Of a stretch of DNA of 64,000 nt, positions 60,624 through 64,000 are shown piece after piece; position 1 is the stretch's first letter; each line of letters opens with the position of its first letter. Origin of the DNA: Longimicrobiales bacterium. Lineage in GTDB: Bacteria > Gemmatimonadota > Gemmatimonadetes > Longimicrobiales > Gaopeijiaceae. Location: the NCBI GenBank assembly GCA_965248195.1, contig CBDFIQ010000002.1, forward strand, positions 2,240,001 through 2,304,000, written 5' to 3'. The position numbers and the translations under genes are program-made. The notes under the pieces were generated by a model that ran no database searches, was not told where the DNA came from, and saw nothing but the letters and a program-made list of their open reading frames with translations.

Positions 60624-62615
60624 CTATTCGTCCGAACCCGAGGAAGGCGGACGCCGGGGACTCCGTCGTGTCCTACGCCGAGCCCCACCGGATCTGGGGG
60701 CCGGAGTGGGCGAGGAGGAGGAATCTGATGCCGGATCGGACGAAGAGCCGGATCTGGGGGCCGGAGTGGGCGAGGAGGAGGAATCTGATACCGGATCGGA
60801 CGAAGAAAACCCATCAGGCACCGGATCGGACGAGGAGAACGAATCAGGCACCGGATCGGACGAGGAGAACGAACTCGGAGTTGGCACGCTCCCCACATCT
60901 GGGCCGGGGTTTACGCCCACGGTTTTCTTCCGCAGGGCAGGATCTGCCCCCCTAACCGGCTCTGACGTGACCTCTTTTTCATTCCGGGCCTTCCCGGACC
61001 GCCGTTCCAAATCGGCCCTCCACTCGGCCAATACTTGAGGCGCCCGGCGGGGAACGACCTCGGCCACCCGCCCAGGCTCGGTCTCGAACACGACGAAGAC
61101 GTCCGCCCCGAAGGCCTCCACCAAGGATTCGGCGGTCTTCTTGCCTACCCCTCCGTAGGAGTTCGTCAGATAGCTGACGATCGCCCGCTTGCTCGTGGGC
61201 AAGCCGAGGGCGCCAGCATCGATACGGGCTCCGGACTCGGAGCGATCCGGCGTTCCACTTGCCTTACCGACAACCTGACCCTCAAGGAGCACTGGGCCGT
61301 CCGTTTCTTTTCGACCCCCGGAGCCTCCTCGAGGCCCTAGGCGACCAGCGGAGACGCCGCCCCCACTCGATGAGCTACCCTCGGTTGCCACGGACGGCGA
61401 ACCGATGGCCGCGGAGTCCGCAAGTGATACGCGGTAGTTGCCCATCTCCGTCTTTTCCAGGGAAATCACACCATGCTCTTCCGCCTGAAGGAGGAAGCGG
61501 CTGAACTTACCGAAGCCCAGTTCCCCTTCATCGAAGCCCCTGTCCGCCTCCAACATCTTTCGTTTGACATCCGAGTCGCGAGCCGAGTCCTTCCCCATCT
61601 CCTTCAGTTTCTGAAGGCACCGCAGCATCAGATCGTAGGCCGACCGGAGCGGCTCGGGATCCAGATCTCCCTCTGGGCTCGAACCCTCAACTTCTTCCCT
61701 GGCCTCCACTCGCCCCGCATCCCTCGCCTCCCCGGCGCCGACCCTGCCGCTCCGCTGGGCCCTCGCCGGCCTCCCCCTTCGCACGGACGGCCGGGCCCGT
61801 GCCTTGGGTTCCTTCGTGGCGTCCGAATTCTCGGAGGATCCCCGACCCGAGCCCGGCGTGACCTCGTACTGCCCATTTTCGAGCTTGTGGAGTCGGAGCA
61901 GACCCCGAGTGGAAGCTTCGGCGACAAACTTCGAAAACTTGCTGAAGCCGAAATTTCCCTCGCTGAACCTGCCGTCGAGCTCCAACATCACCTGCTTGAG
62001 GCGGTCGGATCGCATGACGTCGCCCCGTGTGGTCATGCGGCTCACCGCCCTCTCCAGGAGATCCCACGGATCGTTGTCCTTACCGCCAATTTCGGTCGTC
62101 TTCCGAAGCCCGGTGAGGCTCGTGTAGGAGTAGTATTCGTCGCAATTCTGAACCAGGATGTCCGAGCTGGATTCCTGGATCCCCACACCGATCACATACT
62201 TTCCGTACTCCTTGAGCTTCAAGACCAGGCTCGAAAAGTCGGAATCCCCCGTGAGAAGAATGAAAGTGCCGATTTCCGGTCGGATGAAGACCAACTCCAC
62301 CCCGTCGATCGCCATCCGGATGTCGGTCGCGTTCTTCTTCGAGCTCCCGTACGCGGGAGCGAAGATCAAGTCGACCGACGCCTCGGAAAGCGGGACGATG
62401 TATTGCGGATAGCGCCGCCAGTCGGCATAGGCCCGCTGGACGGTCACCTTACCGCGGATGACGTCGGATTGGAGTAGGCTCTTGAGTTCCTTGGAGAGGT
62501 CACTACGCATCCCCATCGTGACGTTGTCGAAGTCGATGAGGAGGGCCGCGTTGGGAGCATCGGCCGGTGCTTTGCTGGGCCCCTCTACATGGGGGGCCTG
62601 AGTATACTGATTCAT
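60624..62615 (-). CDS. NYN ribonuclease domain plus two OST-HTH/LOTUS domains, an HhH module and a low-complexity tail
   Basis: IDFDNV, KNATDIRMAID, TGDSDF (NYN); two F.E..FGF.KFS.F units (LOTUS); YLTNSYGGVGKKTAESLVEAFG (HhH). Confidence 0.85.
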   Translation of the reverse strand: MNQYTQAPHVEGPSKAPADAPNAALLIDFDNVTMGMRSDLSKELKSLLQSDVIRGKVTVQRAYADWRRYPQYIVPLSEASVDLIFAPAYGSSKKNATDIRMAIDGVELVFIRPEIGTFILLTGDSDFSSLVLKLKEYGKYVIGVGIQESSSDILVQNCDEYYSYTSLTGLRKTTEIGGKDNDPWDLLERAVSRMTTRGDVMRSDRLKQVMLELDGRFSEGNFGFSKFSKFVAEASTRGLLRLHKLENGQYEVTPGSGRGSSENSDATKEPKARARPSVRRGRPARAQRSGRVGAGEARDAGRVEAREEVEGSSPEGDLDPEPLRSAYDLMLRCLQKLKEMGKDSARDSDVKRKMLEADRGFDEGELGFGKFSRFLLQAEEHGVISLEKTEMGNYRVSLADSAAIGSPSVATEGSSSSGGGVSAGRLGPRGGSGGRKETDGPVLLEGQVVGKASGTPDRSESGARIDAGALGLPTSKRAIVSYLTNSYGGVGKKTAESLVEAFGADVFVVFETEPGRVAEVVPRRAPQVLAEWRADLERRSGKARNEKEVTSEPVRGADPALRKKTVGVNPGPDVGSVPTPSSFSSSDPVPDSFSSSDPVPDGFSSSDPVSDSSSSPTPAPRSGSSSDPASDSSSSPTPAPRSGGARRRTRRSPRRPPSSGSDE
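60688..60873. repeat. Coding tandem repeats (two 60-bp and two 30-bp units)
   Basis: Core CCGGATCGGACGA at 60731, 60791, 60821 and 60851; encodes SSSDP(V/A)xD units in the NYN protein tail. Confidence 0.9.
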
Positions 62616-62749
62616 TTTTTTCCTTCTCGCGAAAATTTCTTGCCGGCCGCACTCGCGAGACCTCCCCACTCATGCCAGTCCTTCGCGTCGCGACGTCACG
62701 GATCTGGAACGAGTCGGGGGGGTCACTGATCAGAGTGCCCGGCGATCCT

Positions 62750-64000
62750 TCATGTCTTTGGTTCTGCGTGCGCCGCTCGAATGAGGCGCGCCAACTCGCC
62801 CCGCTGGACCCTTCCGGTCCCCGTCAGCGGGAATTCGTCCATGAACTGGACGACATCGGGTACCTTGTAATCGGCGAGTGTGACCGAGCACCAATCTTGG
62901 ATCTCTTGGCCGGTCACGATGGCCCCCTCCTCCGGGAGGACGCACGCGCAGATGGCCTCTCCCAGAAGCTCGTCCGGGACGCCAGCCACCATGGCCTCAC
63001 GTATCGCCGGGTGTGATTGAAGTCGATCCTCAACCTCCCGGGGGTATACGTTTGAGCCACTTCGAATGATAACCTCTTTCTTGCGGCCAACCAAATGGAT
63101 GAAGCCTTCCTCGTCCTCCATCCCAAGATCACCCGTAAGAAAGTACCCGTCCGAGTCGAACAAGCTGGATGTCTCACGCGGCTGTCGATAATACCCCCGC
63201 ATGACCCCTGGACCCCGGACCGCGATCTCGCCCACGCTCTCCACGGGCAACTCAGCTCCATCCGGGTCTACGATCCTGACAACATTGTTCTCCAGAGGAC
63301 GCCCGACGGTGAAGATACGTTTCGCCTCCGGATCGTCTGGTCTCGTGATGCAAACGGTCGAGGACGTCTCCGTGAGAGAGTAGGCGATCAAAAGCTCCGG
63401 GCAGATCTTCTCCTGTGCCGCCTTCACGAAATCGTCCGACACGGGCGCCCCCGCGACCAACCCGCGGCGTAGAGAACCGAGATCTCTTGGGGCCTTTGCC
63501 TGCTCTCTGAGCTCTGCGACGAACAGCGTCGGCACCCCATAGTGGACCGTCGCCCGGTGGCGCTCCACGAGGTCCAAAGCTCCGGCGGGTCCAAATTCAT
63601 CCTGAAGGACGAGCGTTGACCCCGACAAGAGGGACCCGAGGATGCCCGGCCCCAGCCCGAACACGTGAAACAAGGCCATGATGCCCACCACACGATCGTC
63701 TCGGTCCAGCCCTAGAGCGTCCGCCGTACTCCCCGCTACCTGCAGGAGGTTCGCGTGCGTCAGCTCCACGCCTTTGGGCTTGCCCGTCGTGCCGGCCGTG
63801 TAGACGATGGCGAAAACTTCATCTGCCGAGGGCGGTGAGCTCGCCGAGTAATCCCGTCCCCCCCCGGCCGAGAGCAGATCCTCCAACTGAAAGACACGGT
63901 CATCGTACCAGAGATCCTCCTGACCCACCGTAACGAGGTACTGGAGCTCCGGAAGCTGTACCAGCAGCTCCTCGAAGAGTTGAAGGAAGTCGAGGTCTTC
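62750..64000 (-). CDS. Long-chain acyl-CoA synthetase / AMP-binding enzyme (5' end outside the window)
   Basis: [42 protein letters not shown]. Confidence 0.9.
   Translation of the reverse strand, partial: EDLDFLQLFEELLVQLPELQYLVTVGQEDLWYDDRVFQLEDLLSAGGGRDYSASSPPSADEVFAIVYTAGTTGKPKGVELTHANLLQVAGSTADALGLDRDDRVVGIMALFHVFGLGPGILGSLLSGSTLVLQDEFGPAGALDLVERHRATVHYGVPTLFVAELREQAKAPRDLGSLRRGLVAGAPVSDDFVKAAQEKICPELLIAYSLTETSSTVCITRPDDPEAKRIFTVGRPLENNVVRIVDPDGAELPVESVGEIAVRGPGVMRGYYRQPRETSSLFDSDGYFLTGDLGMEDEEGFIHLVGRKKEVIIRSGSNVYPREVEDRLQSHPAIREAMVAGVPDELLGEAICACVLPEEGAIVTGQEIQDWCSVTLADYKVPDVVQFMDEFPLTGTGRVQRGELARLIRAAHAEPKT

Noticed and set aside
60688..60873. CRISPR-like periodic repeats
   Set aside because: The intervening sequences are themselves repeated rather than unique spacers, unit lengths are multiples of 3 within a CDS, and no cas genes are present

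Overview
GC-rich bacterial chromosomal window with about 53 protein-coding genes, mostly housekeeping, envelope and metabolism: purD, mutM, ubiE/menG, mrp, lepA, mfd, surA, pdxA, ftsEX-envC, holB, moaC, moeA, guaB, acs, dacB, etfAB and mpg. Gene content and order suggest Gemmatimonadota, which is an inference and not a database result. I found no rRNA, tRNA, CRISPR array, transposase or prophage. Notable features: (1) a 300-390 bp non-coding element with terminal inverted repeats, present in three full copies plus one degenerate end. Each full copy is fused to a neighbouring stop codon, the outer stem bases co-vary between copies, and there are modular hairpin insertions. (2) A SigW-like ECF sigma factor with a tandem double-ZAS anti-sigma factor and envelope-stress genes. 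Its putative promoter (TGAAACTT-N15-CGTAA) recurs before an M48 protease and, in variant form, before a LITAF-like/winged-helix membrane protein. (3) A STAS-kinase plus STAS-wHTH pair translationally coupled to lepA. (4) A NYN-LOTUS-LOTUS protein carrying a RecD2-like HhH module and a repeat tail. (5) A secreted DUF4384 protein with a CxxCH motif, preceded by a sigma54-like promoter. All family calls come from motif recognition by eye; no searches were run.
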